Under the pieces are notes generated by a model that saw only the letters and a program-made list of their open reading frames with translations, was not told where the DNA came from and made no database searches. This document shows positions 25,660 to 35,714 of a stretch of 44,240 bases of DNA, one piece after another. Made by a program: the position numbers and the translations under genes. The stretch comes from Escherichia phage NTEC3, in sequence record NC_073318.1; one strand, 5' to 3'. Position 1 is the stretch's first letter, and every line of letters starts with the position of its first letter.

Positions 25660-25809
25660 CAATGTTTGTATTTAGGACCATAGTAACCATGCTCGCACTG
25701 TTACTCGGTGCGGGAATAGCTGCTATGTTCTGTTACGGCCTGTTCTTTCAGTTTGCCGGTGTTGCCATTCTAGGCTGGGTTTTCCTTACCTGGATGCTGC
25801 GGTCATGAC
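25656..25809 (+). CDS. micro-ORF, membrane peptide (50 aa)
   Basis: ATGA overlap both sides; two hydrophobic stretches. Confidence 0.35.
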
Positions 25810-26089
25810 TAAAGAGGGACGCATCCAGAAATACGCAAAAGAGCGATTCGAGGCCATTGGTGGCCTCGTTCGTAAGCTGTCTTATGAGGGGCGCTCCGGC
25901 GCCCCCGACCTGCTGGTAATTCTCCCCGGCGGCATCGTCTGGTTCGTCGAGGTTAAGAAAGACGAAAACACGAAGCCAGACCCGCACCAGATACGAGAGC
26001 ACGAGCGGATGCGTAAACGCGGTGCAAATGTTTTTGTCGTCGGTTCGTTTAAACAGGTTGACGACCTAATAGCGAACTATTATAGTTAG
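25805..26089 (+). CDS. VRR-NUC domain nuclease
   Basis: 94 aa; GAPDLLVI ... VEVKK fits the PD-(D/E)xK VRR-NUC signature. Confidence 0.65.
   Translation: MTKEGRIQKYAKERFEAIGGLVRKLSYEGRSGAPDLLVILPGGIVWFVEVKKDENTKPDPHQIREHERMRKRGANVFVVGSFKQVDDLIANYYS
26058..26086 (+). promoter_or_regulatory. class B promoter upstream of 63 aa / methyltransferase / SNF2 genes
   Basis: TTGACG 26058-26063, spacer with AATAGCGAACTAT, TATAGT 26081-26086; overlaps 3' end of VRR-NUC gene. Confidence 0.55.
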
Positions 26090-26119
26090 TCCTACACCAA
26101 CAATATAAGGAATTGAGAA

Positions 26120-26311
26120 ATGAAACACGAATATGACCGAAAACCTGCACGTGACATCGTACCAGGCGACATGATTTTCAACGTTAAGACCCGTCGTCCT
26201 GTTGCCGTTGATACAGTGTTCGTCGAGTCGAACGGTAAACTGGTTATCGAAGATGTAACCGGCAATATTACGGCGTTCGGGCGTAAAGAGTTAGTTCTGG
26301 TGGCAAAATGA
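26120..26311 (+). CDS. hypothetical small protein, coupled to methyltransferase
   Basis: 63 aa; RBS AAGGAA; stop overlaps methyltransferase start (ATGA). Confidence 0.45.
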   Translation: MKHEYDRKPARDIVPGDMIFNVKTRRPVAVDTVFVESNGKLVIEDVTGNITAFGRKELVLVAK

Positions 26312-27102
26312 ACTATTACAACGAATGGGATAAAGGCGCAGCCGCGTGGCTGCGTGAATTAATAAAACAGGGTCACATACCTTTTGGAGTTGTAGATGAA
26401 AGAAGCATTACCGAAGTTAGACCAGAAGACCTTGACGGGTTCACCCAGTGTCATTTTTTCGCGGGTATTGGCGGCTGGCCTCTCGCGCTCAGACTTGCGG
26501 GAGTTTCTGAAGATACGCCTATATGGACGGGAAGTCCGCCTTGCCAACCGTTTAGCACGGCAGGAAAGCAACTCGGACAGTTCGACCAGAGACACCTCGC
26601 ACCTGTGCTCCTCGACCTCATCAGCGAGTGCCACCCTCCAGTCATCTTTGGGGAGCAGGTTGCGGCAGCAATTGCAAAATCGTGGATGTGCGATTTACAA
26701 ACTCACCTGGAAAGAGAAGACTACGCCGTCGGGTTTGCCGTACTCCCAGCTTGTAGCGTCGGCGCACCGCACAAAAGGAATCGATTGTTCTTCGGAGCGC
26801 AGCAACTGGCCAACACCGTGTGCGAACAACTCGGCGGGAGCAGGCCATCAGGGCAGGAACGGGGGCCACAATCTGCAAACAGAGGCATCTCTGACACAGC
26901 CAATCCGCCTAACGGGTTCTGGTCAGATGCTGACTGGCTCGGATGCCGGGATGGAAAATTCAGGCCAGTTGAACCCAGCACATTCCCGCTGGCTAATGGG
27001 GTACCCGCCAGAGTGGGACGATTGCGCGGTTACGGCAATGCTATCGTCCCGCAAGTAGCCGCTGAATTTATAAAGGCGTTCATGGGGGCCGTAAATGAGT
27101 AA
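26308..27102 (+). CDS. DNA (cytosine-5)-methyltransferase, compact form
   Basis: Motif I FAGIGG, motif IV PCQPFS (catalytic Cys), ENV-like GEQV, motif VIII-like HKRNRLFF, motif X GNAIVP; only 264 aa. Confidence 0.7.
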   Translation: MNYYNEWDKGAAAWLRELIKQGHIPFGVVDERSITEVRPEDLDGFTQCHFFAGIGGWPLALRLAGVSEDTPIWTGSPPCQPFSTAGKQLGQFDQRHLAPVLLDLISECHPPVIFGEQVAAAIAKSWMCDLQTHLEREDYAVGFAVLPACSVGAPHKRNRLFFGAQQLANTVCEQLGGSRPSGQERGPQSANRGISDTANPPNGFWSDADWLGCRDGKFRPVEPSTFPLANGVPARVGRLRGYGNAIVPQVAAEFIKAFMGAVNE

Positions 27103-28519
27103 GTTTCAAAGGCGCGAATACCAGAAGCTAATGACTTCGTTCATGTTGCGGCACCATCGCTGTAATATTTGGGCGAGCATGGGCGCCGGGAAGACTGGCA
27201 GCGTACTGTGGACATTAAACCGACTGTTCCGCAACGGGCAGCTTACAGAAGAGGACCGCGTGTTAATCCTCGCCCCGTTGCGCGTTGCGTCCGGCACATG
27301 GCCGGCGGAACAAACTAAGTGGAATTTCCCATGTCTGCGTGTCGTAGACGCGACCGGTTCAGAGAAGCGCCGCATCGCGGCGCTGGAGTCAGATGCTAAC
27401 GTGGTGTGCACGAACTACGAAGTTATCGAGTGGCTTATTGACTACTACGGCAAAGACGACTGGCCTTTTACCGTTATCGTTGCCGATGAAAGCACGAAAC
27501 TGAAGTCATTCCGCAGCCGTTCAGGCGGCAGCAAGAGGGCAAAGGCGCTTAGTAAAGTGGCATTTGGCAAAGTTAAGCGTTTCATTAACCTGACTGGCAC
27601 GCCGTCACCAAACGGCCTCAAGGACTTGTGGGGGCAGAACTGGTTTATCGACGCAGGCGAGCGCCTGGGGTCATCGTACACAGCATTCACCGACCGCTGG
27701 TTTAACTCGGTACAGAAAGGGAAATCTGCGATGGCCCGTGAATACCACGCACGCCCGGGTGCGGATAATGAAATTCACCAGAAGATGAAGGACATTAGTC
27801 TCACGATTGACGCCGCCGAGTGGTTCGGGTGTGAAGCGCCGATTATTGTGCCGGTTGAAATCGACCTGCCGAAGAAAGCACGTCAGGCGTACATCGATAT
27901 GGAGGAGAAGTTATTCGCGGAACTGGAAAGCGGAGAAGTTGAAGCGGCTAACGCTGCGGCGAAGACGTCGAAGTGCCTACAGATTGCCTCCGGTGCCGTG
28001 TATGTATCGGGGCCAGATGGCGAATCAACCAAAGAATGGGAGAAAGTGCACGACACGAAACTTGATGCGCTGGAGTCAATTGTGGAGGAGTTGCAGGGCG
28101 CGCCGTTGCTGGTCGCCTATCAGTTCAAGCACGAACTTGAGCGCATCCTTAAGCGATTCCCACAGGCGCAGGCGTTTTCCAAAGGCGCGAAGGGTAATAA
28201 GCAGATGGAAGCGTGGAACCGCGGCGAAATAGAAATCTTATGCGTACACCCTGCGTCAGCCGGGCATGGTTTGAATTTACAGGACGGCGGCCATCATCTG
28301 GCGTTTATTTCACAAGGCTGGAATCTTGAGCACTATTTGCAGGTTGTCGAGCGCATCGGCCCTGTTCGCCAGAAACAAGCTGGGCACGAGCGCCCGGTGT
28401 TCCTTTATCACATAGTCGCTAAAGACACGCTGGACGAGGTTGTTGCCGCGCGTACCGACGAGAAGAAATCGGTACAGGAAGAGTTGCTTAACTACATGAA
28501 GAGACGAGGTAAGAAATGA
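27095..28519 (+). CDS. SNF2-family helicase / ATPase
   Basis: Walker A ASMGAGKTG, DExx box VADEST, LTGTPSPN motif III. Confidence 0.75.
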   Translation: MSKFQRREYQKLMTSFMLRHHRCNIWASMGAGKTGSVLWTLNRLFRNGQLTEEDRVLILAPLRVASGTWPAEQTKWNFPCLRVVDATGSEKRRIAALESDANVVCTNYEVIEWLIDYYGKDDWPFTVIVADESTKLKSFRSRSGGSKRAKALSKVAFGKVKRFINLTGTPSPNGLKDLWGQNWFIDAGERLGSSYTAFTDRWFNSVQKGKSAMAREYHARPGADNEIHQKMKDISLTIDAAEWFGCEAPIIVPVEIDLPKKARQAYIDMEEKLFAELESGEVEAANAAAKTSKCLQIASGAVYVSGPDGESTKEWEKVHDTKLDALESIVEELQGAPLLVAYQFKHELERILKRFPQAQAFSKGAKGNKQMEAWNRGEIEILCVHPASAGHGLNLQDGGHHLAFISQGWNLEHYLQVVERIGPVRQKQAGHERPVFLYHIVAKDTLDEVVAARTDEKKSVQEELLNYMKRRGKK

Positions 28520-28653
28520 ACATCATAGCCCCGATTCCAGCATTGCAAAAACGTATCAAGGAACTCGAAGAGGAGGTTCTACGCCTACGGCAACAGAGAG
28601 ATGCCGCTAATGCGCAACTGGCGTTTGTGCTGGAGAAGTTATCAGAAGAGTAG
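28516..28653 (+). CDS. small coiled-coil peptide (45 aa)
   Basis: Hand-found; ATGA overlap with SNF2 stop; followed by terminator. Confidence 0.3.
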   Translation: MNIIAPIPALQKRIKELEEEVLRLRQQRDAANAQLAFVLEKLSEE

Positions 28654-28654
28654 A

Positions 28655-28684
28655 GAAAAGGCCCCGTTTGGGGCCTTAGTTTTA
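28655..28684. terminator. bidirectional terminator between replication module and tailspike gene
   Basis: AAGGCCCC-GTTT-GGGGCCTT hairpin; T-runs on both strands. Confidence 0.6.
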
Positions 28685-30862
28685 ATCGCAAAGTAAGGAT
28701 TTGGTGAAGTTTGGCACCCACGGCATCCTGTCAGAAATTACTAAATCTCTGATTAATATGCCGCAGTCTGCAGATGCGCCGCTATAGGTAACTTGGATAT
28801 TAAAACTAGTTGCCTGGCTTCTGGCAAGACTGATGGCTGCAAAATAATCGTTACCGGTCTGTGGTGATATAGTCACATATGAGGTTCCTAGTCCTATTTT
28901 TACGACAGTATTTGTCCCATAACTGGTAAATTGATGACGGAAAAGAACATAAACGCGGTCGTGATTGTTGAAAACCGCGTTTGTAGTTGTGATTGGTATT
29001 GTGAATGTTTTTGTGGTAGCGTCTCGTGCAAAGGTAACCTGTAGATTATCACCAGAAGTAGCCATAGTTACGCCTGATTCCTGCGGGTAAGCAGAACCGT
29101 TATTGGCGTTAAGCGCAGACCTTTTAAAAAGAACAAATGGTTTTGAAGACATTTGTTCACTCTCCCAGGTACTTGTCCCACTATCGTCCCAAAAAAGACC
29201 CTTAAAATAATACATTACACTGGATGACACGGTCCAACCGGCTAAATCAAACATGCTCCCGGTTGCATCTGTTAAGTCACAGTTAATAAATCTATTAAAT
29301 CTGTTGGTGGAGTTCTGGTATACGCAACAAGGTGTCGTTGTTCCTGTTGTGATATTAGGGTCCGCAAATGATACTGAGTTGAATGTTACGTATTCGCACC
29401 CATCCATGATAATGCCGCCGCGAGTCACAGCGCCGGAGCGTTGGATATTAGTAAATGTACTGTTACGCATATTCGCAAGAAGGGCAAAAGTACAGTCCGC
29501 TGTTAATGACCCATCGGCATTGTGGGCTTCTCCGTGGAAATCTGTAAAATGAATATCGCGGAAGCCCTTGACATCAGATGCACTATTTCCGGCTAGGCTT
29601 TCTGAATAGATGGCGTATGTTGCGCGACTCGCCCATCCTACACGGTCGAATGTACATGCAAAAATCTGTCGGTCTACATGGCAGGAGAACCTGATACTAG
29701 GGTTGCCAGATGTCGCCCATGAAGGGTTGTTGTCGATTGTGCTGAAAAACATACAATCCCGGAATGACAGGCCTGTTAAATTTCCACGGTCGATATCTGT
29801 ATTAGTCCTGAGCACAAGCCCACCGCCTAATGTCCATACGTGGCTTAATTCCAGGTTCTCCACGTCTCCAGATGTTGCGTTTTTAGGGTGGATAACAACA
29901 GCAGCATCGAAGGTTCCAGATACAGATATCCGACGGACGACGGAATTACGGCAGCCGCCAATGTGCAGCCCAACCACATTCGGCTGGGAACCATCTGCGT
30001 TTATCTGGAAACCTTCAATATAAAACGGGTCTTGTCCTGTGTTATCAATAGCGACTATAGCGGGTCCTGTGGAACCGGCAATTACGTTAGTGCCAGTAAA
30101 GTCAGGGAGAGCCATAAAGTATGTTTCTGGGTAGACCCCAACAATACGCGTCCTTTTTGGAAGGTTAAGAGTAGAATCAAGCCAAAAGAACCCAGCCGGG
30201 AAACGTAAAGTAACCCCAGTACCGATATTCTCGCTAGTTGCTGCCGCTAAAGCCTGCTCAATGTATGTCCTTACGCTTCCTAGTGCTTTTGACGCGTTAA
30301 CATCGTTTAGAGCTGCGATCACGTTAGCTGGAAGGTAGTCAAGTATGTTTATCTCTGTTTTTGCTGCTTGAGTCTTGCGGTAGTCAAACTCTGCCTGTAC
30401 GGTCCTGCCGGATGTTGTCCCAACTAACCCTGCGCCAGTGCTTAGGGCCAAATCACGGCGCAATGCAGCTTCACTAACGGCAACCCATGCGGTCTGGCCT
30501 ACTCCGCCCGTAGACGCCGGGGTTGAAGATGCCGGGATGGTTTTTGGCAGAGCACCCTTCCATGCATAATAGTTGCCGTCGCCTGATGGCCCTGGCCACA
30601 ACACCGCCAGGTCAGCGTCGTTAACGCCCAAAGTCCCACCTGTTTCGAATGTGAAAGACGCAGGTCTGAACCCGGCGTCGCGCAACACGGCGGGGAGTGT
30701 CTTCTGCGTCTGCCCTGTAACCTGATTTGTTGCGTAATCAATATCAGCACCAGTAGCAACACCACCGGATTTACCAGTAATAACCTCAGCTTCAAAAATC
30801 TGGTGCTTCTTGGCGGTCTGTAAATCCGCCAGGCTTAAAACGTCACCGCATACGCTTGACAT
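28682..30862 (-). CDS. tailspike / tail fibre protein (receptor binding, beta-helix candidate)
   Basis: 726 aa, last gene of tail module, Gly/Asn/Thr/Ser-rich repetitive C-terminal part; fold not verified. Confidence 0.55.
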   Translation of the reverse strand: MSSVCGDVLSLADLQTAKKHQIFEAEVITGKSGGVATGADIDYATNQVTGQTQKTLPAVLRDAGFRPASFTFETGGTLGVNDADLAVLWPGPSGDGNYYAWKGALPKTIPASSTPASTGGVGQTAWVAVSEAALRRDLALSTGAGLVGTTSGRTVQAEFDYRKTQAAKTEINILDYLPANVIAALNDVNASKALGSVRTYIEQALAAATSENIGTGVTLRFPAGFFWLDSTLNLPKRTRIVGVYPETYFMALPDFTGTNVIAGSTGPAIVAIDNTGQDPFYIEGFQINADGSQPNVVGLHIGGCRNSVVRRISVSGTFDAAVVIHPKNATSGDVENLELSHVWTLGGGLVLRTNTDIDRGNLTGLSFRDCMFFSTIDNNPSWATSGNPSIRFSCHVDRQIFACTFDRVGWASRATYAIYSESLAGNSASDVKGFRDIHFTDFHGEAHNADGSLTADCTFALLANMRNSTFTNIQRSGAVTRGGIIMDGCEYVTFNSVSFADPNITTGTTTPCCVYQNSTNRFNRFINCDLTDATGSMFDLAGWTVSSSVMYYFKGLFWDDSGTSTWESEQMSSKPFVLFKRSALNANNGSAYPQESGVTMATSGDNLQVTFARDATTKTFTIPITTTNAVFNNHDRVYVLFRHQFTSYGTNTVVKIGLGTSYVTISPQTGNDYFAAISLARSQATSFNIQVTYSGASADCGILIRDLVISDRMPWVPNFTKSLLCD

Positions 30863-30874
30863 ATAGAGTCCTCT

Positions 30875-33442
30875 TTAATTAAAACCATTGCTGAATCCAT
30901 CGGAGAAACCGCTGCCGTATGGCGCGACGCCGTCGTATTTATAGAATCCGTCGTCATAGTTGTAGCCAGTAATCTTGACCGTGCGGTCGTCGCCCGGGTC
31001 GATTGAAGAAACAACTATCTTCTGAGCATTATGCCTTGCTTCGTTGCCGAATGAAAACTCAGTTTTTAGCGCGCTATTCCCCGTGTAGATTGCTTCTTCC
31101 GGCGCGGAGAGCATAATCACCTCGCGGTCGTGGCTTCCTTTGATAACCGAGATACTCTGCACAGAGCCATCGCGCTTCTTGAGGATGATGGAGTGGTCGT
31201 CTCCGGGGGTAAACGTAACTGGCTGAGACAGCGTAAGCGTAAGCCCGTTAACGGCAACAACATAACCATCCTGCGGCGCGATGCGTGAGCCTTTAACCAC
31301 GCTGATTACGCCGCCCGGTGTAGCGAGTGCCCCCTCTTCGGTAGCTTCGAACTCTACGACAACTTTACTTAACGCGTTGCGCTGGTAGCGACGCCACGCC
31401 AGCCAATATGCCTGCTGATAGTTACGTACGCCCTTCGATTCATATTCCTCGGTGTTTGCTCCGAGTTCTTCCGGGATATAAATCGTTTCCTGTACGTTAG
31501 TATCCGGGTCGATGTATGAGAACGACAGGCTATCATAGGTTGTCGAATCGTTGAACGTGCGCGTCCATTTCTCTGTACCAGTAGTTTTGCTGCGGTGGGT
31601 GAACACCATCTCAGGCCCAGCAACCGGACGGTCGAATCGCAGCATAATATCCGCACCTTTACGGTACGCAGTACAGAACACGGCTTCCGCTATAGTCTGA
31701 ACGATGTCCTGCATCGTGGTGTCGTAGTCGTCGAACGTGTAGCAGAACTGCCCGGCTAATTCACTGCCAAAATACGACTCAATTTCTTCCTGCACGGCAA
31801 GTAACTTGTCCATATTTGCCGTTGTCAGTTCCAGATTACCCACCACAGGGTCACGCGCCAGCCTGATTAGCGACTGCACGGCCTGAGTGTTCGGTGTCAT
31901 TACCGTATCGAATACGCCGTTACCTAAGTATTTGTAACACATCTCGGTTGCTATCATGCGTAGTTCCGGTTCTGACACCTCCGCGGCACGTGGCGTTTGT
32001 TTACGAGCGCAGTGTACGGTGGTTCTGTTGCCGTAGTGTGGGGTTGTGTCCAGAGACTGCCCGTACAGATTAGTGAAAGTAACCTCATCACTAACAGTAC
32101 CTTCAAAATCTTTATCGGTGTCGGAAACACGACGCATACGGGCGCGGAATCTGGAAGCAGTTGGTAAACTTCCGTAAAGAGTAATACCTGTGTAATCCGT
32201 GTTCCGGCCTGTTACGGTTCCTTGTACAGTAAATATATCACCTACAGGCTGTTTCAGCTCATCAACCATCTGGTATTGCAGTTCCACTGTCACTGAAGCG
32301 CGGTTATAGTCGCCGTTGTATTTATACATGCCGTTGCTGGCGGCGACATTGGCTACAACACGGTCGACAGTACCGCGGGTGATGTACGCCCATTCAGAGA
32401 GAGAAGCCGCGTAAGTGTCCGCCGGGCCTATAAGATGGTTACCCTCTTCACCTATAAACCACACAGACGCCCCTAGCTGGTTCCATACTGATTGATTTGT
32501 ACTGACGTCCACAATAAGGGTCGTTTCACTAACAGAAAGAACCGTGTACCTCCCGTCCAGGTTAACCTCATTACCCAAAGACCCTGGGGTTGTATCTGCA
32601 TATACGTTATCGAAGTATGCCAGGTCCCCGACCGCCAAAAACTCATCGAAACCAGCGTCATCGCCTACTACAACGCCGGTTGTTCCCTGCCGCTGGACAG
32701 TGTAGTCCTGCACGTCTATAGCGATATCATTAGGGGCGGGAAGAACAGCGCCATCGACATCGGCGTTTTTAAATGTAACGTACAATTTCTGGTCTATAGG
32801 GTCGCCGATATGCAATTGTGGTGTGCTGGTGTTATTCGGCGAAGTGTAAGGAGAATACACCGTCACCGACGAGCCAGTTATCTCGCTGATTCGGGTATCT
32901 GCCTCAGTTACACCGTCTTCCTCAATATGCAGATACCCTCGACCGGCGTCATAGTACGCATATTCAATAAGCGCCCCCGTGGCGTTAAACACCTTATACG
33001 TCTGCATCAGGTCATTGGGTATAGTCTGCACTGTCCCGCAGATATCATAGGAACGCTCATAAGGTCGTGGCTTGTTTGAGCGGTCGGTGAGACTGTTGTT
33101 AGGCGACGTAGCCTGATTGTTGGTAGCGGAATAATTAGCGTTAGCCGCTGTGTTTAGCCCGAACAATTTGGCGATTGGCTTAAGGATGAAACTGAATACA
33201 CTCCCGATGGCGTCGCCAATGCCGCCGCCAGCGCCCTCAATAATGTGGTACACGGCGTCCTCGTCTTTGAGCGCGTCGAAGTCGTCTGTAACATCAGTAT
33301 CATCACCAATCTCGCCAAGATAGACGCGTACCGGAACGCCGTCCGGGATACGGTTAACGACAAACTCCATCGGCATCCCGACGTGTTTTGTACGGTTGAA
33401 AGCGCCATCAGCGTTTCGCGTGTAGTGCAAGATTATCGCCAA
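30875..33442 (-). CDS. tail tip / host specificity protein (lambda J-like)
   Basis: 855 aa; position after K-like gene in lambda-type order. Confidence 0.55.
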   Translation of the reverse strand: MAIILHYTRNADGAFNRTKHVGMPMEFVVNRIPDGVPVRVYLGEIGDDTDVTDDFDALKDEDAVYHIIEGAGGGIGDAIGSVFSFILKPIAKLFGLNTAANANYSATNNQATSPNNSLTDRSNKPRPYERSYDICGTVQTIPNDLMQTYKVFNATGALIEYAYYDAGRGYLHIEEDGVTEADTRISEITGSSVTVYSPYTSPNNTSTPQLHIGDPIDQKLYVTFKNADVDGAVLPAPNDIAIDVQDYTVQRQGTTGVVVGDDAGFDEFLAVGDLAYFDNVYADTTPGSLGNEVNLDGRYTVLSVSETTLIVDVSTNQSVWNQLGASVWFIGEEGNHLIGPADTYAASLSEWAYITRGTVDRVVANVAASNGMYKYNGDYNRASVTVELQYQMVDELKQPVGDIFTVQGTVTGRNTDYTGITLYGSLPTASRFRARMRRVSDTDKDFEGTVSDEVTFTNLYGQSLDTTPHYGNRTTVHCARKQTPRAAEVSEPELRMIATEMCYKYLGNGVFDTVMTPNTQAVQSLIRLARDPVVGNLELTTANMDKLLAVQEEIESYFGSELAGQFCYTFDDYDTTMQDIVQTIAEAVFCTAYRKGADIMLRFDRPVAGPEMVFTHRSKTTGTEKWTRTFNDSTTYDSLSFSYIDPDTNVQETIYIPEELGANTEEYESKGVRNYQQAYWLAWRRYQRNALSKVVVEFEATEEGALATPGGVISVVKGSRIAPQDGYVVAVNGLTLTLSQPVTFTPGDDHSIILKKRDGSVQSISVIKGSHDREVIMLSAPEEAIYTGNSALKTEFSFGNEARHNAQKIVVSSIDPGDDRTVKITGYNYDDGFYKYDGVAPYGSGFSDGFSNGFN

Positions 33443-33798
33443 AATTCAATCTCCGTGTACGTGTCTCTGAGGTCTGCCAGCCTGTCAAGCCGTACCTGAC
33501 GGGAAGCAAGCTCGCAATGGCTCACCATCCCGTCGAAGTAAACTCCTGCGTGCCACACGATACGGCCGCCGCGGCGATACCCCATAAGCACCGCACAGAA
33601 GTTTTCAGGCTTATCAATTTTTGTAAGTCCCTTCGTGTTGCGATGTCCTTCGTCGAACGCTTCGTTAATCGCCGTTGGGCTTGTAACGTCGAACGCCGGG
33701 GTTTCTAACCCGGCATCGGCCCGTACAATGCGAACGTGATGCCAGCAATTGCGCTTGCGAAAGTCGTAAGGTATGCCCGTGTAGTCGTTAATATTCAT
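33433..33798 (-). CDS. tail assembly protein, NlpC/P60-like (lambda K-like)
   Basis: 121 aa; candidate Cys (NCWHH) and His (WHAGV, SHCE) residues arranged as in NlpC/P60 peptidases. Confidence 0.45.
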   Translation of the reverse strand: MNINDYTGIPYDFRKRNCWHHVRIVRADAGLETPAFDVTSPTAINEAFDEGHRNTKGLTKIDKPENFCAVLMGYRRGGRIVWHAGVYFDGMVSHCELASRQVRLDRLADLRDTYTEIEFWR

Positions 33799-34310
33799 GT
33801 GGTCAACAGGCCGCGTAATAACGGTATCTCTTTAGGTGTCATCAGTATACCAGTGCTTCGCTGGTTCAGCATAGGTGTACCAACATCCGCGGAGAACTCG
33901 CCCTTCTCCTGGTTGATGGCCTGCAACTCATACATGACAGGACCGTCAGCCGGATAAGACAGGTCTGTGCTGACGTAACGACGGAAGACGAACTTCGGCA
34001 ACTCGGTGTTACTCATAGGGATTTTATCCATCTCATCGTCAAGTTGATTGAGAATATCCGGTAAAGTAAATGTCGTCGTCTGGTCCATATCACTGTTGTT
34101 AGCCGCACCCGACGCTTCCATAGGAGTAGGTTCGAACGTGATTGTTTCTCCCGTCTCCAGCGTTGCCGTAAGTTCCTGTAGCCCGCGCACAAGATAGTAC
34201 GTCTTTGACAGCAACGGGTGGCTGATTTGCAACGTGATGTAGTCCATCTCGCCGTCGGGATTTGAGGCCAGCTTACGGCGATAGGCGGCTTCTACAGATT
34301 CCTGGCTCAT
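33795..34310 (-). CDS. minor tail protein
   Basis: 171 aa; overlaps both neighbours within tail module. Confidence 0.45.
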   Translation of the reverse strand: MSQESVEAAYRRKLASNPDGEMDYITLQISHPLLSKTYYLVRGLQELTATLETGETITFEPTPMEASGAANNSDMDQTTTFTLPDILNQLDDEMDKIPMSNTELPKFVFRRYVSTDLSYPADGPVMYELQAINQEKGEFSADVGTPMLNQRSTGILMTPKEIPLLRGLLTT

Positions 34311-34313
34311 AAA

Positions 34314-35714
34314 TTAACCGTCCACATTAAAATCAATACGAGTGATGTATTTACTACCCCACGCCGAATCCGCTTGTGGTATGGAGGCGTAACCGTCAAC
34401 AGCCTGAACGTTTATCACGGAGCCGTCGGAGTAGGTAATGTCAATGCTTGTCGCGCCATTCATGGTTACTTTTGCTGATGCCGTTGGACGAGTTACCGGT
34501 GACTCCTCGGTCACTATCGGGGAGGAGGCAAACTCTGAAGGCTCCATCTGGATTAGGGCTATAATGAACCCACTGACATCATCCCCTGTGAAGGTGAGGG
34601 AGTTAGACGGAGACAACATGTTTATCTGCGAATAAATCAATCCGCCGGAGTCGTTAGTGTCCGCTGACATTGAAACGTGATACCACCCACCACCAAGATT
34701 GCTTACGAACGACCTTGAGGTGTCGCCTGATATCAAATAGCCGGAGGCTAAGTCAACATAGGCATACTGGAAATTATCTAAAGCGGCTCGGTTGCCGATG
34801 GCTACCGCTGCCGACTGGTACTCATCTGCTTTTATAATAGCACTAATAGAGTATCTTGTTTCTTGTTCTGGGGCCTCTGCCTTGTTTATATAATGGTTAC
34901 CTGATACCGACGTTGCGGTTAATTTAGCAGCATAAGTTTCTTGGAATAACGCCAAAGAACTCGCCGTGGTTGTTGTTCTGGTACGTGAAAATGATGTAGA
35001 TAGTAAGTTGTTAGAATGTTCTACCACATTGGTAGCAGCCTTTTCCGGCGGCACACGCCCAACTGCAGTTCCGTCAATAAACGTAAGAGGCCATTCATTA
35101 GTGGCGGACTGCACAAGATTGCCGTTGCGGTTGATGTAATAAACCTGCGGCCCTTCATACACAATGCGGCTATCAAGAGTCGACGCCAGAAGGTTAATCG
35201 GCGGATACCCGGCAGGGCCTTCATTACTCCAGATTCGTGGAAACGTTGATTGCGCGGTTCCGTAGGCTTTAAGGAAACACCCCAGCCCGTCACCATAGCA
35301 ACCATACAAATCCGGCAGATTATTGACAAGACACTGGTTCTCGAGGTCCTGGAACGGGGATTTCTCGGCGGTTGCCGTGAAAGTAATCGTCCAGTTAATG
35401 CCGTCTTCGGTGGACTCCGCGATGGTGGACGTGATGGTTACCTGATAATCTTCAATACCCATGCCGAAGTCATGCGCCATCCAGAAACTTGACGCACCGC
35501 CGTCCACTTTCTCAAGGAACGACAGAAACGCCTGTCGCCCTAGTGCAGATGTAATCAGGGTTACGCTTATTGGGAACACATCATAATACGTGTCACGGCC
35601 CTGGCGCACTCCACCGCCGGCTAAATCTACACTCCAGACGTTGTTGCGTCTGGTCATTGAGTAGCCTTTCGATACCACCGGCTTAAGGCTACGTGGGAAA
35701 TATAAGTCGCTCAT
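34314..35714 (-). CDS. distal tail / minor tail protein
   Basis: 466 aa; start overlaps tape measure stop. Confidence 0.45.
   Translation of the reverse strand: MSDLYFPRSLKPVVSKGYSMTRRNNVWSVDLAGGGVRQGRDTYYDVFPISVTLITSALGRQAFLSFLEKVDGGASSFWMAHDFGMGIEDYQVTITSTIAESTEDGINWTITFTATAEKSPFQDLENQCLVNNLPDLYGCYGDGLGCFLKAYGTAQSTFPRIWSNEGPAGYPPINLLASTLDSRIVYEGPQVYYINRNGNLVQSATNEWPLTFIDGTAVGRVPPEKAATNVVEHSNNLLSTSFSRTRTTTTASSLALFQETYAAKLTATSVSGNHYINKAEAPEQETRYSISAIIKADEYQSAAVAIGNRAALDNFQYAYVDLASGYLISGDTSRSFVSNLGGGWYHVSMSADTNDSGGLIYSQINMLSPSNSLTFTGDDVSGFIIALIQMEPSEFASSPIVTEESPVTRPTASAKVTMNGATSIDITYSDGSVINVQAVDGYASIPQADSAWGSKYITRIDFNVDG

Noticed and set aside
26396-27058. 220 aa plus-strand ORF overlapping the methyltransferase gene in another frame
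   Set aside because: The methyltransferase frame carries the conserved motifs; the alternative frame is Ser/Arg-rich with no motifs.
28682-30862. Tailspike considered as a P22-type O-antigen endorhamnosidase
   Set aside because: I could not align it to the P22 tailspike sequence from memory, so only a generic receptor-binding tailspike or fibre call is supported.
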